From assembly GCF_009914755.1 (NCBI RefSeq), contig NC_060925.1: a DNA stretch of 64,000 nucleotides; one strand, 5' to 3'. The DNA comes from the human T2T-CHM13v2.0 reference genome, Homo sapiens. A program made the position numbers and the translations under genes. Each line of letters starts with the position of its first letter. The stretch's first letter is position 1. The notes under the pieces are model-generated. The model had not been told where the DNA came from. It searched no databases and saw nothing but the letters and a program-made list of their open reading frames with translations. Of the stretch, positions 1-14,750 are shown piece by piece.

Positions 1-1215
1 AAAAAAGAGAAAAGCTGCTGGGTGCCAGGCCAGAACAATAGAAACTAACAAAATACGGGTGATTTTCCTTCTGTTATTTCTCTCTGGTTCAGTGGTTTTA
101 TGTGGCGAATTGTCATGTCCTCACCCAACACGTTCTACTTCTTTCGAACAGCGTGTTTAACACCTGACCAGCTACATTTCTCCTGTGGTTTGTCTGGCTG
201 GGTGGCGTGAAGTGAGTCTGTGTGCTAGGGAATAGGGTCTGCTGAGGGCCAGGCTGGCCTTTTGCTTATGTTCCTGGCTCTCAATGGGTCCTGAATGCTT
301 CACTAAGCACAGGCAATGAGCACCACGGTAAAGTGGGAAGAGATGTTCAAGACTGGGTGCCTACACTCAGCAAGTAGAGAGGTAAGACAAGGACATTAAG
401 TATGAACAGGCAACTAGAGCATTATAAATTTTACCTCTACCCTATTTCCAAAACATATTTGAAGTAGCTTGAGGAGGCTGTAATAATATATAATGGTTTC
501 CACTTATTAGGGCTCTGTGCCAGGCACTATAGTAGATGCTGAGACATTAATGCTGCTCATCTTGGGAGGCAGAGATTGTTATTCTGATTTTACAAGTCAG
601 GAAGCTGAGGCCCAGGTAGGTCAAATAATCTGTCCAAAACCTCATGGTTAAGGGCGGAGGTGGGGTTCATCTCAGGTCTGATGCCAAACCTTTCCACAGC
701 TGAGGGCTATGATGGAAGAAGGCAAGGACATTTACAGCTGGAGCAATCTAGGAAGGCTTCGTTGAGAAGTTGGACTCTGAGTTGGGGCAGCTTCAGGAGC
801 CAAGGATTGATGCTGCCTGCAAGTGGTGAGGCAGCTTGGTGACCACCTCAGGGACAGAAGCAGGACGATCCCCAAACCCTCCCTGACTCACAAAGCTTTG
901 ACGTAGATGCTGCACAGTAGCTACATCAAAACTGCCCTTCCTTTGGTCTCTTTTAAGTCTACTTGTGAACTTGTTGGCATCCATACATGAAAATTTGCTT
1001 GGCCATAGAATTGCCTCTCTGTTCTGATTGTTCCTGTGTCTGCTGCCTCTGACATTAGAAAACCTGAACTAAATAGCATTGAAATTGGACATGAGACAAA
1101 GAAATCAGAGATTTGTTGGCGTTGCTTCAAAGGAAAAGATATTTGGCTTTTCTGGAATCACCTGTTCCCTGTTTACCCTGAGATGGGTAATGATGTCTTC
1201 CATGGACATCCTCAC

Positions 1216-1324
1216 CTGTGAAGGCAGAAGGTCGGAATGCAGCCAAGCGGGGCAACAAATTAAGGATTGTCATTTGGATCAGCGAGTTCTTGCTATTCCT
1301 GCATTTCAGCACCCACTGGCACAC
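1216..1324 (-). CDS. MTOR: MTOR exon 8 (109 nt); the gene continues beyond the window start
   Basis: VCQWVLKCRNSKNSLIQMTILNLLPRLAAFRPSAFT; tctcag| acceptor after an 85-bp intron, |gtgag donor. Confidence 0.98.
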
Positions 1325-1409
1325 CTGAGAGAGGAAGGATAAAGGGTTGGCAGGGGAAAAGTGAGGTGTGGAGCTTAGGAAAAGAGGGAAAGGGCCTCTC
1401 ACCACTTAC

Positions 1410-1685
1410 CTGATCAAATTTCTCCTCCATCAAGTCTCTGCAACACCGGCTCTCCACCAGGGTGGACTTAGCTGGACTGGGGGAGGTCCCAAATCCCATG
1501 AGGCCTTGGTGAGAGCTGTACCCCAGCAGCCCCACCAAGGCATTTGACTGCTGGGGCTGTACAGCCTGGAAACTGGTGAAGGGGGTAATGTGACGAGGTT
1601 TTGTTCCGAAGCCCATGAGATCTTTGCAGTACTTGTCGTGTACCAGCTGCTGCTGTGTGATTTCTTCCATTTCTTCTCTCAGACG
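1410..1685 (-). CDS. MTOR: MTOR exon 7 (276 nt)
   Basis: RLREEMEEITQQQLVHDKYCKDLMGFGTKPRHITPFTSFQAVQPQQSNALVGLLGYSSHQGLMGFGTSPSPAKSTLVESRCCRDLMEEKFDQ; tatag| acceptor, |gtaagt donor. Confidence 0.98.
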
Positions 1686-2116
1686 CTATATATATGAGGA
1701 GGAAAAAAATCATCTTTACTTATGACTGGCATTCAAACTGGGCACTGTGGATTCTACAGACAATTACATTTGCCTAATCCCGAAACGCAACTACTTCCAA
1801 AGTGAAGGGTGGCCACTCTTCATGTTTAGGGTTACAATTTCCCCAGAACCTTGCAAGGGACCTGATTTTGTTCTAAGTTAGGCAGAAGAGCACCACCTAT
1901 TGAACAATAAAGCAGCAGCAGAGGGCTGCCTTGCCAAGGGTTCTCACCTCCCAGGACTCCTCACTTGGTTTGGAAGGGCTGACTTGCATACTGCTGTGAC
2001 TACTGACCTAGGCCACTGCAATGAGGCTTGCAAAGGTGATGGGAGCTCCCCTGCCAGCATCCTGTTAAGGACTGTCTGATCTCTTTCTTCTCCCTAGAAA
2101 CCCAGGTAAAAACTTA

Positions 2117-2254
<138 letters not shown>

Positions 2255-2293
2255 TTAGCTGGGCGTGGTGGTGGGCACCTGTAGTCCTGGCTA

Positions 2294-2440
<147 letters not shown>

Positions 2441-2970
2441 TCAGAATCCTAGGATTCCACAGGTAGTATGGAATAAGCTGACTGAGAACTCATGTCTATT
2501 ACCTTTACAATGGGCTGCTTAATCACTCATCCTGAGTCAGGCGCAAGGGCTCACGCCTGTAATCCCAGCACTTTGGGAGGCCTAGGTGGGCAGATCATGA
2601 GGTCAGGAGTTCGAGACCAGTCTGACCAACATGGTGAAAACCCGTTTCTACTAAAAATACAAAAATTAGCTGGGTGTGGTGGCACATGCCTGTACTCCCA
2701 GCTACTCGGGAGGCTGAGGCAGGAGAATTGCTTGAACCCAGGAGGCGGAGGTTGCAGTGAGCCGAGATCACACCAACTGTACTCCAGCCTGGGCAGCAGA
2801 GCAAGCCTTGGTTTTGGGGGCCAGGGGAGGGGGGTTGGGGACTACTCATCCTCCAAGACTCCAAATTGAGAAGGAGATACAAGTTTTCCAAACTTCTAAA
2901 CTTTTCTTGACACACATATTTTCACTTTTCAGAAAATCTTGTCCTCTCGTCAAAGTCACCAGTGAGTCTT

Positions 2971-3956
2971 TTTTTTTTTGAAACTAAAACACTCCATCTT
3001 TATTTATTTATTTATTTATTTATTTTTTATTGATCATTCTTGGGTGTTTCTCGCAGAGGGGGATTTGGCAGGGTCATGGGACAATAGTGGAGGGAAGGTC
3101 AGCAGATAAACAAGTGAACAAAGGTCTCTGGTTTTCCTAGGCAGAGGACCCTGCGGCCTTCCGCAGTGTTTGTGTCCCTGGGTACTTGAGATTAGGGAGT
3201 GGTGATGACTCTTAATGAGCATGCTGCCTTCAAGCATCTGTTTAACAAAGCACATCTTGCACCGCCCTTAATCCATTTAACCCTGAGTGGACACAGCACA
3301 TGTTTCAGAGAGCACAGGGTTGGGGGTAAGGTCACAGATCAACAGGATCCCAAGGCAGAAGAATTTTTCTTAGTACAGAACAAAATGAAAAGTCTCCCAT
3401 GTCTACCTCTTTCTACACAGACACGGCAACCATCCGATTTCTCAATCTTTTCCCCACCTTTGCCCCCTTTCTATTCCACAAAACCGCCACTGTCATCATG
3501 GCCCGTTCTCAATGAGCCACTGGGCACACCTCCCAGACGGGGTGGTGGCCGGGCAGAGGGGCTCCTCACTTCCCAGCAGGGGCGGCCGGGCAGAGGCGCC
3601 CCTCACCTCCCGGACGGGGTGGCTGGCCGGGCGGGGGGCTGACCCCCACACCTCCCTCCCGGACGGGGCGGCTGGCCGGGCAGAGGGGCTCCTCACTTCC
3701 CAGTAGGGGCGGCCGGGCAGAGGCGCCCCTCACCTCCCGGACAGGGCGGCTGGCCGGGCGGGGGGCTGACCCCCCGACCTCCCTCCCGGACGGGGCGGCT
3801 GGCCGGGCGGGGGGCTGACCCCCCACCTCCCTCCCGGACGGGGCGGCTGGCCGGGCAGGGGGCTGACCCCCCCACCTCCCTCCCAGATGGGGCGGCTGGC
3901 CGGGCAGAGGGGCTCCTCACTTCCCAGTAGGGGCGGCCGGGCAGAGGCGCCCCTCA
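2971..3956 (-). mobile_element. SVA retrotransposon (SVA_D-like), 5'-truncated within the VNTR, sense to MTOR in intron 6
   Basis: SINE-R at about 3030-3520, GC-rich VNTR at about 3520-3956, (AAAT)n/A tail, and 13-bp TSD accagtgagtctt at 2958-2970 and 3957-3969. Confidence 0.95.
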
Positions 3957-3969
3957 ACCAGTGAGTCTT

Positions 3970-5210
3970 AAGCTGCTAAATCCAATGGTCAATTCTTAGT
4001 CCTCATCTTATTTGACTTATCTGCAGCATTTCATCCAACTGATACTTCCACCTCCTTGACGCCCTTTCTTCACCTGGCTTCTCAGACTCTAAACTCTCCT
4101 GGCTCTCCTCCTCCCTCCCTGGCTGTTCCTTCCCCATCTGCCTTGGTCCTCTTCATCTCCTGACCTCAGGTTTGCAGACTCCATCTCTTCTCCAACTGTA
4201 CTAGTTCCCTTGTGCTTCTCACCCAGTCTCATGATGAAATAACATCTATACGCTGACAATGCCCAAATCCATCCCCCTTGCCCAGCTCTCTCCCCAGAAC
4301 TATTCAGTATCCTCACTCAGGTGCCCAACAGGTCTCTAAGTTAACAGGTTCAAAACCAAATTCCCAGTCTTCTCCCGCAAGCCTGCTGCTCCCATTTCAG
4401 TCTTCCCACTGCAGTGAATGGCAACTTCATCCTCCTAATACTCAGGCCAAACACCTTGACACTTCTTTCTCTCCATCTACCTCCAAACCATCAGCAAATC
4501 CCAAATTCAGAATCCAGTTGCTTCTTGCAACTCCATAGCTCCCACTGTGGTCTGAGCCACAAATATCCCCCACTAAGACCATGGCAATTCCCTCCTAACT
4601 GGATTCCTGGCTTTAGTCCTTGACCCTCTAACAATCCATTCTCAACACAATGGCAAGAGTGATCCTTTTGAAATATGAGTTAAATGTCACTCCACTGCTC
4701 AAAGCCCACTTATAGCTTCCCGCTTCCCACACAAAGGCCCTATGTGATATGCCCCTCCTTCCCTTAGGTGTTCCTCTGACCCCATATCCCCACACACTTC
4801 TCCTGCTCACTCTGCTCAGCCATGGTAGGGGAGCTGCTACTGCAGTATTTGCTGCTCCTCTAATACACCAGCACGCTCCTGCCTCAGGGACCACTGCCTA
4901 GAATGCTCTTCCCCAGATACCTGTAGGGCTTTTTTCTAACCTCCTTCATGGCTGTGCTCAAATAGCACCGTGTTTTAAAATGTAATCCTTAATCCAGGTG
5001 AGCATACTCTATTCCCCTTCCTTGCCCTACTTTTCTCCATAGCTCTTATAACCATATGATATATAATAGGTTTTTACTTGTATATTATCTATCTTCCCTT
5101 ATAAGAATGGAATCTATTTTGTTCACTGCTGGATTATTCTAGCTCTTAGGACACAGTGTAGCTGGCATATACTAGGTGCTCAATTAATATGTGTTGAATG
5201 AATGAACAAA
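3970..5210 (+). mobile_element. L2 LINE fragment (host of the SVA insertion)
   Basis: Degenerate L2 3' region ending tgttgaatgaatgaa; continues on the other side of the SVA TSD. Confidence 0.65.
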
Positions 5211-5619
5211 TTATGAAATTTTAATACCTTATATTTAGATAGTTTCTTTTTTTTTTTTTTTTTTTAGTGACAAGGTCTCATTATGTTGCCCAGGCTGGTC
5301 TCAAACTCCTGAGCTCAAACTCCCACCTCGGTCTCCCAGAATGCTTGGATTGGATTACAGGCATGAGCCACCATGCCCAGCCTTGGATAGTTTCTTATAA
5401 TTTACAAACCACCTGCACAAGAACTATTTCAATGAAATCTGACAACCACTCTATGAGCTAGGTGATACTGTCCTGTTTTAATGGGAGGAAACAAAGATCT
5501 CAGAGGTGCCTAGATTACAGTGGAAAACATTATGTTAAACTCAGGAGGTAAAATCTGAAGGTTACCATTTATAGAATGCCCACTATGTATTAGGTGCTGT
5601 GCTGGACACTTCACACACA

Positions 5620-6092
5620 TAGTCATCCCCTTAGTATCCATGGGGGTTGGTTCCATGACCCACTGCGATACCAAAATCTGCAGATGCTCAAGTCCCTCCG
5701 ATAAAGTAGCATAGTATTTGCATATAACCTATGTATAGCTTCCCACATACTTTAAATCATCTCTATGTTAGTTATAACACCTTATACAAAGTAAATGCTA
5801 TGTAAATATTTGTTGCACTGTATTTTTAAAAATTTGTATTATCTTTAAATTGTTTGTTTTTTCCTTGATTTTTTTTTTCTTTTTAAAAAGTTAAAAAAAT
5901 TTTTTTGTAGAGACACGGTCTCACCGTCTTTTGCCCAGGCTGGTCACGAACTCCTGGGATCAAGTGATCTTCCCACTTCAGCCTCCCAAAGTGCTGAAAT
6001 TGCAGGTGTGGGCCACTGCACCCAGCCCTGGGTATTTGTGAACCATGACTAGTTGAATCCAGATGTAGAACTCATGGATATAGAGAGCCAAC
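5620..6092. mobile_element. MER2-like TcMar-Tigger fossil interrupted by an Alu monomer
   Basis: gtatccatgggggttggttcc...gataccaaaatctgcagatgctcaagtccc resembles MER2. Confidence 0.65.
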
Positions 6093-6469
6093 ATCATATA
6101 GAAACCGCACAAGAGCCCAATGAGGTAGGTAAGAGCCCCTGTCCAAAGGGAGAAAAATGAGGCTAAACAGGTAACTTGCCTGAGTCGCACAGTCATCAGA
6201 GCGGTGGGGATCTGAAGCCAGACTCCTCCTGCTTCTGCACACTGCTGCATGCGCTGCTCCCACATCTGGGCATGGCTATTATCTAACAAGCACTGTGTCT
6301 ATTATAAGCAGGAATCCCCGGGGTAAAATTTCACAGCTCATTTTCTACAGCCAGTCTCACAGATGGAGCTTTACCTCCCAAATATATCCTGAATCAACTA
6401 CTTCTCAGTATCTGTGCCACCACTCCTAGTCAAAGCCACCACTGTCACTCACCCAGACTACCGTAATAG

Positions 6470-6850
6470 CTTCGTCTGGCAGCCGTGAGAATGCAACCTC
6501 CAACTACAAGGCGCATAACCAAGGGCCCCAGCTGCTGCTCTGAAACCCATCACTAAGTTTGTGCCAACGTCACCCATTGCTCCCAGCCAATGACAGAACA
6601 CAGTAGGGATGCTAAGGCTATCCTGCTCTTGGGAGACACAGACCTCTCTGACAGCCAACTTTGGCTTGAGGACCCCGCGGTGGCCCTGCAGAGTAGGCTA
6701 GAACACTTCTATCCGAATTTTACCCTCTTGCTTACTCAGGGTCAGATGTGCATTGTGGTCCGATGCTTCTCCCAGCTTCCTCCCCATATTCTCTTGAAGG
6801 CTGTTTCCCTAATAAAATCCATGCACTTTTAAATCCACCTTCTCAAGCCA
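6470..6850 (+). mobile_element. Old ERVL LTR fragment (LTR16-like)
   Basis: Resembles LTR16 (cccagccaatgac...ccctaataaa); boundaries approximate. Confidence 0.4.
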
Positions 6851-7429
6851 ACACATCTCCTAATTGGTCTCCCTGCTTTCATTCCTGCCTTTCCCCACAT
6901 TTTTTCCTATAAGCAGTCAGTGATTGTTAGAAACGCATGACATCACATTATTCGCCTGTGTGCATACTTCCAATGTTTACCCCTGTGAAAGCTCGTGTTT
7001 ACTGTGAACCGTGGGCCTATTAATTTGGCCCCTCCTTCCCTCTCCCTTGCTCCCGGTACACCAGCCATACTTCCCTTTCTTCTGTTTCATCAATGTCTCA
7101 CACTCTTCCACCTCAAAGCCTCAGCCTGGAACACAGTCCCCCGGCCTGCTGCAAGGTAGCTCCTTCGTGTCATGTGGACCCCCGTCAAATAACACCACCT
7201 CAGGGAGGGCCTTCCTTGACCCTCCACTCACCCCCTCCCCATCACTCTCTATTCTATTCTGGTTTGACTTTCTTCATAGAACTTGCTGCTATCTGAAATT
7301 ATCTTATTTACTTATTTATTATGTTTCCTGCCACAAAATGTCAGCTCCATGAGGACATGGATCTCGCCTTGCCTCGCTCACAGAATGGTACACGGGGAGC
7401 CTGGACTCCCCTCTGCCGTGGCTTCTCAC

Positions 7430-7564
7430 CTCTCCCTCCATGCTGCTGATTCGGACCAGCTCGTTAAGGATCAACAAGGCTCCATGGATCCGATCATCCC
7501 GATTCATGCCCTTCTCTTTGGCCAAGGTCTCATCAAATCCCTTCTCTGCTTCTTCAAATGTGTG
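7430..7564 (-). CDS. MTOR: MTOR exon 6 (135 nt)
   Basis: HTFEEAEKGFDETLAKEKGMNRDDRIHGALLILNELVRISSMEGE; acatag| acceptor, |gtgag donor. Confidence 0.98.
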
Positions 7565-8284
7565 CTATGTAGAGAGACAGGGTGCCTTCATTAGAGACAG
7601 AGTACAAACCCAGAAAGAATACAGGCCCATCCCATCTACACTGGGGGTTCTGAGGTGCTACCACGCCTGCTCAGTGCCTAGTGCCAGTCATCAACAAAAC
7701 TAACTGATCAATCTCTTTTATTTAATTCAGCTTCAATTTTTTTTTTTTGAGATGGAGTCTTGCTCTATTGCCCAGGCTGGAGTGCAGTGGCGCAATCTCG
7801 GCTCTCCACAACCTCCACCTCCTGGGTTCAAGTGATTCTCCTGCCTCAGCCCCCTGAGTAGCTGAGATTACAGGCACACACTACCACGCCTGGCTAATTT
7901 TTGTATTTTTAGTAGAGACAGGGCTTCACCATGTTAACCAGGCTGGTCTCAAACTCCTGACCTCAAGTGATCCACCCATCTCAGCCTCCCAAAGTGCTGT
8001 GATTACAGGTGTAAGCCACCACGCCCAGCCCCAGCTTCAATTCTCATAATAAGCCTTTGAGGAAGATACCATCATCATCCCTATTTAACAGCTAAAAACA
8101 CAGGCTCAAAGAATTTAAGTGACTTGTCCAAGATCACACAGCAAAGGCAAGACTGGAACCCGCATCTCCCAATCCCATGTTCAGAGCTCTTTTTCTAATA
8201 TAAGACTCACTGATAAGTTCCCTCTGCAGCAGTAATCAGCACAGGCCTCATTATACTAGAGCAGAGAGAAATGGCACTTTCTAA

Positions 8285-8503
<219 letters not shown>

Positions 8504-8756
8504 TAACACCAGGCCCAGCTAATTTTTTTATTTTTTGTAGAGACGGGATCCCACATGCTGCCCAGGCTGGTCTCAAACTCCTGAGCTCAAGCAATCCTCC
8601 TGCCTTGGCCTCCCAAAATGTTGGGATTACAGGCGTGAGCATCCAGCTGAGATGTCTTATAATTAATTATTAATAAGAAGAAGGTACAAAGTTGGCCGGG
8701 CACAGTGGCTCATGCCTGTAATCCCAGCACTTTGGGAGGTCAAGGCAGGTGGATCA

Positions 8757-9047
<291 letters not shown>

Positions 9048-9582
9048 TCATACATAAAATAATGTATAGAATAATGGTATGGCTATCAATAGATGTTTGC
9101 TTTAATAAAATGCAATAAAGTAACTATTGATTCATACTGAGCATAAAAAATTCATTGGAGGCCAGGCGCGGTAGCTCATGTCTGTAATCCCAGCACTTTG
9201 AGAGGCCAAGGCAGGTGGATCACCTGAGGTCAGGAATTCGAGACCAGCCTGGCCAACATGGCAAAACCCTGTCTCTATTACAAAAATTAGCTGGGCGTGG
9301 TGGCACACGCCTGTAGTCCTAGCTATTCGGGAGGCTAAGGTGGGAGAAAATCGCTTGAACCCAAGAGGCGGAGGTTGCAGTGAGCCGAGATTGCGCCACT
9401 GCACTCCAGCCTGGGCGACAAAGCAAGACTCCATCACAAAAAAAAAAAAAAAAAAATTCATTTGAGAGCAAACCAAAACGTGATTCTTGCTCCATGGCAA
9501 GGGCTTGTGGCTGCCCTTTAGGCCAGGTGATTCTCTACGCAGATGTGCTTTGCTAGTGGTGGGAATGGAGCCATCTCCTTAC

Positions 9583-9783
9583 CCTGTACCACTGAGGCTT
9601 CTGCATCTCCTTCGGCTCACGCTGGGTTGTGAGAATCAGACAGGCACGAAGGGCGGCTACAGCTCCCTCACGGATGGCCTGTTTGGGGTCCCACACGGCC
9701 ACAAAAATGTTGTCAAAGAAGGGTTGCACTTGCTGGAAGAAGAAGGTAGGGACGCTGATGGCCAGCTCACGGAGAACCAGGAC
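9583..9783 (-). CDS. MTOR: MTOR exon 5 (201 nt)
   Basis: Read manually (absent from the ORF track in this frame): VLVLRELAISVPTFFFQQVQPFFDNIFVAVWDPKQAIREGAVAALRACLILTTQREPKEMQKPQWYR; tctccag| acceptor, |gtaagg donor. Confidence 0.97.
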
Positions 9784-10523
9784 CTGGAGAAAAAAGCAAA
9801 CCGAGAACTCTCATTGGTACCAGAGTTTTGTTCTCTCAGGAGTACAGTCTCTTGTCATCTTAGAGCCATACACACCAGGAACAGAGAAGGCTTGCTCACT
9901 CTTCTAGCTAGGAAATTCTGAGGACAGAGGAAGGAAAGCAAAATTGATTAAACATCTCAGTGCTCATTATCCTAGGTTGTTTACAAACACAGAATGCTTG
10001 TAATGTTTGAACATAAGTTCTGGAAGTGCAGATGTGTTTTATGTTTTCTTTACCACTATACTAACAGCCTAGAACTCTACCTGGAATACAGTAGGTATGT
10101 AGTAAATATTTACTGAATGGATAATCCTGTTTAATGTTTAATCCTGTTGTTATTTTTATTTGACAGAGGAAGAAACTGAAGGTCAGAAGCTGCCCCAGGT
10201 TACAGAGTTAGGTAGGAAGTTGCAAAGCCAAGACTTGAGCCAGGGTCCAAGTGTGTGTCCTTTTCCTGGTACCGTGCCCCCTCCTCACAGTACTGCCTCC
10301 TCCGAAGGGCAGCAGACTGGAAAGCACGCAGCTGATGCTTCTGATCCCCACCACACCATGCTAGATTCCCTCTTAAGGACGGACTCTACCCCATCTCACA
10401 GCCTGGAATCCTAGCTCTTCTAACCAGCTTTTTTAAGGAATGAGCCTCAGAAGGAAGCAAAAGACCCCCCCATGACACCATCGTTCCCCAAGCCTGGCTG
10501 TGCTCCTCCCTGTAGACACTCAC

Positions 10524-10756
10524 AGCTGCATGTCTCCGGCCCTCATTGCGGTCAGCACCCAGCCATTCCAGGGCTCGCTTCACCTCAAATTCCACGTACT
10601 CAGCGGTAAAAGTGTCCCCTGCCATGGCAAGACGGCCAATGGCCTTGGATGCCATTTCCATGACAACTGGGTCATTGGAGGGGAGGAGGTTCCGAAGATA
10701 GTTGGCAAATCTGCCAATTCGGGTGGCATTCCCACCTTCCACTCCTATGAGGCTAG
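10524..10756 (-). CDS. MTOR: MTOR exon 4 (233 nt)
   Basis: [77 protein letters not shown]; gcag| acceptor, |gtgagt donor. Confidence 0.98.
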
Positions 10757-10828
10757 CTGCAAAAGAGAGGAAGGCAAAAGGTGATGATGGGGCGTATGCT
10801 GGCCAGGAAAGTACGCAGACTTCAACTA

Positions 10829-11221
<393 letters not shown>

Positions 11222-11375
11222 CTAGATGGCAAGGACAGATACAATTTTCATTTTAACCCAGATATTTAATACTTGTGCCAGAAATATTTACATAAAGCAA
11301 AATAATCTCATGCTAGTATAATTTTCTCCCCTACCCCCCAAAAAGGGAAAACAACTGGGACTGGATAATAATTCA

Positions 11376-11781
<406 letters not shown>

Positions 11782-12075
11782 CTACTGAGGAAGCAGAGCC
11801 CACAAAAGGCAATATGAAGGAGTGGAAAGAAAGCTGGCTTCTAGTCTCAGCTCTGGTAAACTGTCTGAAAAGTCACTCGATGGTTCCGAGACTCCACTTC
11901 CACATCTAAAAATACGTTTTTCCTGTGGCCCAGGGCTGCTGCTAGAATTAAAAGCCACGGGCTTCTTAAATTTCATTAAGCAAATATGAACTAGTATCCA
12001 GTAAGTGGCAGACACAGGGTGCAGTGGGCACAAAGGTGAGTGTGTTGTTTTTGTGACCAGAGACTCTGTCCTTAC

Positions 12076-12184
12076 CTATGGCCAAGATGCCACCTTTCCT
12101 CTCATTGGCATCTGAGCTGGAAACCAATTCAAAAATGTGATGGTTCAGTTGGTCATAGAAGCGAGTAGACTCCTCTTGACTCAT
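12076..12184 (-). CDS. MTOR: MTOR exon 3 (109 nt)
   Basis: MSQEESTRFYDQLNHHIFELVSSSDANERKGGILAI; ttgcag| acceptor, |gtaag donor; phase continuous with exons 2 and 4. Confidence 0.98.
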
Positions 12185-12838
12185 CTGCAAAAGAAGATAT
12201 AATCAGAACAATTTCTAATAATTCTCTAACTGTGGTGGTGGGAGTGGGCTGGCATCTAAAGATTAGATCCTGAGAGGCAGGAGGTATAGTTCAAACCAAA
12301 GAAGACAAGTTACTGCCCATTTCTATAGGATTACACTGTAGAGTACCTGAACTTGCAATCATCTGATTATTTAACAAATATTTATTAGGTATCTACTCTG
12401 TGGCAGAAAATGTCCTGTCCTAGGTTCTTTCTAGTACCAGGGATAAAAGGAGAAACAAGATACTGTCTCTGACCTCAAGTCTGGTCTCTATTTAGAAAGC
12501 CCCTAGCTCTCAACTCTCCAAACCCATCCCAATCACTGTTATCAGACAGAAAGCATTTGAGGGTGTGGTATGTGGTAAGGAAAAAATAAAAAGTTAAAAG
12601 AAACAGCTAAGTCTATTCTGGCCCCTAAAATGTGACCACAAACAAGAAAAATGCTACAAAAATGTGCAACTGCTGCAAAAGAACCTGCATGTTTTATGGA
12701 TGTGACAGGTTGGGTGCCTTTATAAAATAATCTCTGTTTTCCAAATCCTCACTTAGCTGTACAAAAAAAAATGTAAACCAGTGATGGTACATTTAGCCCA
12801 CACATCCCACAATGACTGGCCCCAGATCCCAGAAGCAC

Positions 12839-13000
12839 CTCTCGGAGTTCCATGGTGACATAGTGCTGGAGCTCCTTGGCGGCTTTGGCCCTGGTTTCCT
12901 CATTCCGGCTCTTTAGGCCACTGGCAAACTGCTGCAGGACGCTCACATTGCTAGATGTGGTGGCAGCGGTGGTGGCGGCGGCAGGTCCGGTTCCAAGCAT
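12839..13000 (-). CDS. MTOR: MTOR exon 2 coding part (c.1-162; exon starts at 13014)
   Basis: Translates MLGTGPAAATTAATTSSNVSVLQQFASGLKSRNEETRAKAAKELQHYVTMELRE, the mTOR N-terminus. Acceptor ctaaag| at 13015-13016 and donor |gtgctt at 12838. Confidence 0.98.
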
Positions 13001-13387
13001 CTTGCCCTGAGGTTCTTTAGAGAGAAGTTTCCTTTAATATTCTGGATAAGAAAGTATGATGATAAATTTACTTATGGCCCTGGTCACCCAACACAGATCT
13101 CCCCCTAGCCCTTGTCAGGCAGGGGATTCTAAAAAGGTTGAGAGATCTGATTGAGGAACATTTAGAAAGCCTAGATTCATTAAACAATGACTGATGTTTA
13201 AAAGAGGCAGTGTAGTAGGGAGGTTAAATTGTGGGCTATCGGCCTAGCCTACTTGGGTTTGAATCCTTGGGTTATATACCTTGAGCAGTTTGGGAGGCTG
13301 AGCCTGGAGGACCACCTGAGGTCAGGAATTTGAGACCAGCCTGCCCAACATGGTGAAAACCCATCTCTATGAAAAATACAAAAATTA

Positions 13388-13546
<159 letters not shown>

Positions 13547-13820
13547 TCAAAATGTGTTTCTTCAACTACAATAGGAAGATAATAGTACCTAGTTCATGGG
13601 TTGATGTGAGAACTAAATGACTTAATACGTGTCAAAAAGTGTTTAAAACAGTGCAGGGCATATACTAAGTTCTTAATAATTGTTAGCTATTATTATTACT
13701 ACTACTACTACTATGTACATGGCAAAATGCCAGGTAACAAATGTCAGGAGGTAGGGAAAGAATTAAAAATGACTAAGACTGCCCCTTTCCTCAAGTTCAG
13801 TCTAAAAAGAGAGATTATTA

Positions 13821-14750
<930 letters not shown>

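Noticed and set aside
3520-3956. Regularly spaced repeats superficially like a CRISPR array
   Set aside because: Tandem SVA VNTR units without unique spacers, in a eukaryotic context with no cas genes.
3034-3957. Cluster of Pro/Arg/Gly-rich ORFs (also at 59209-59864)
   Set aside because: Translations of the SVA VNTR and SINE-R, which are stop-poor because of GC content.
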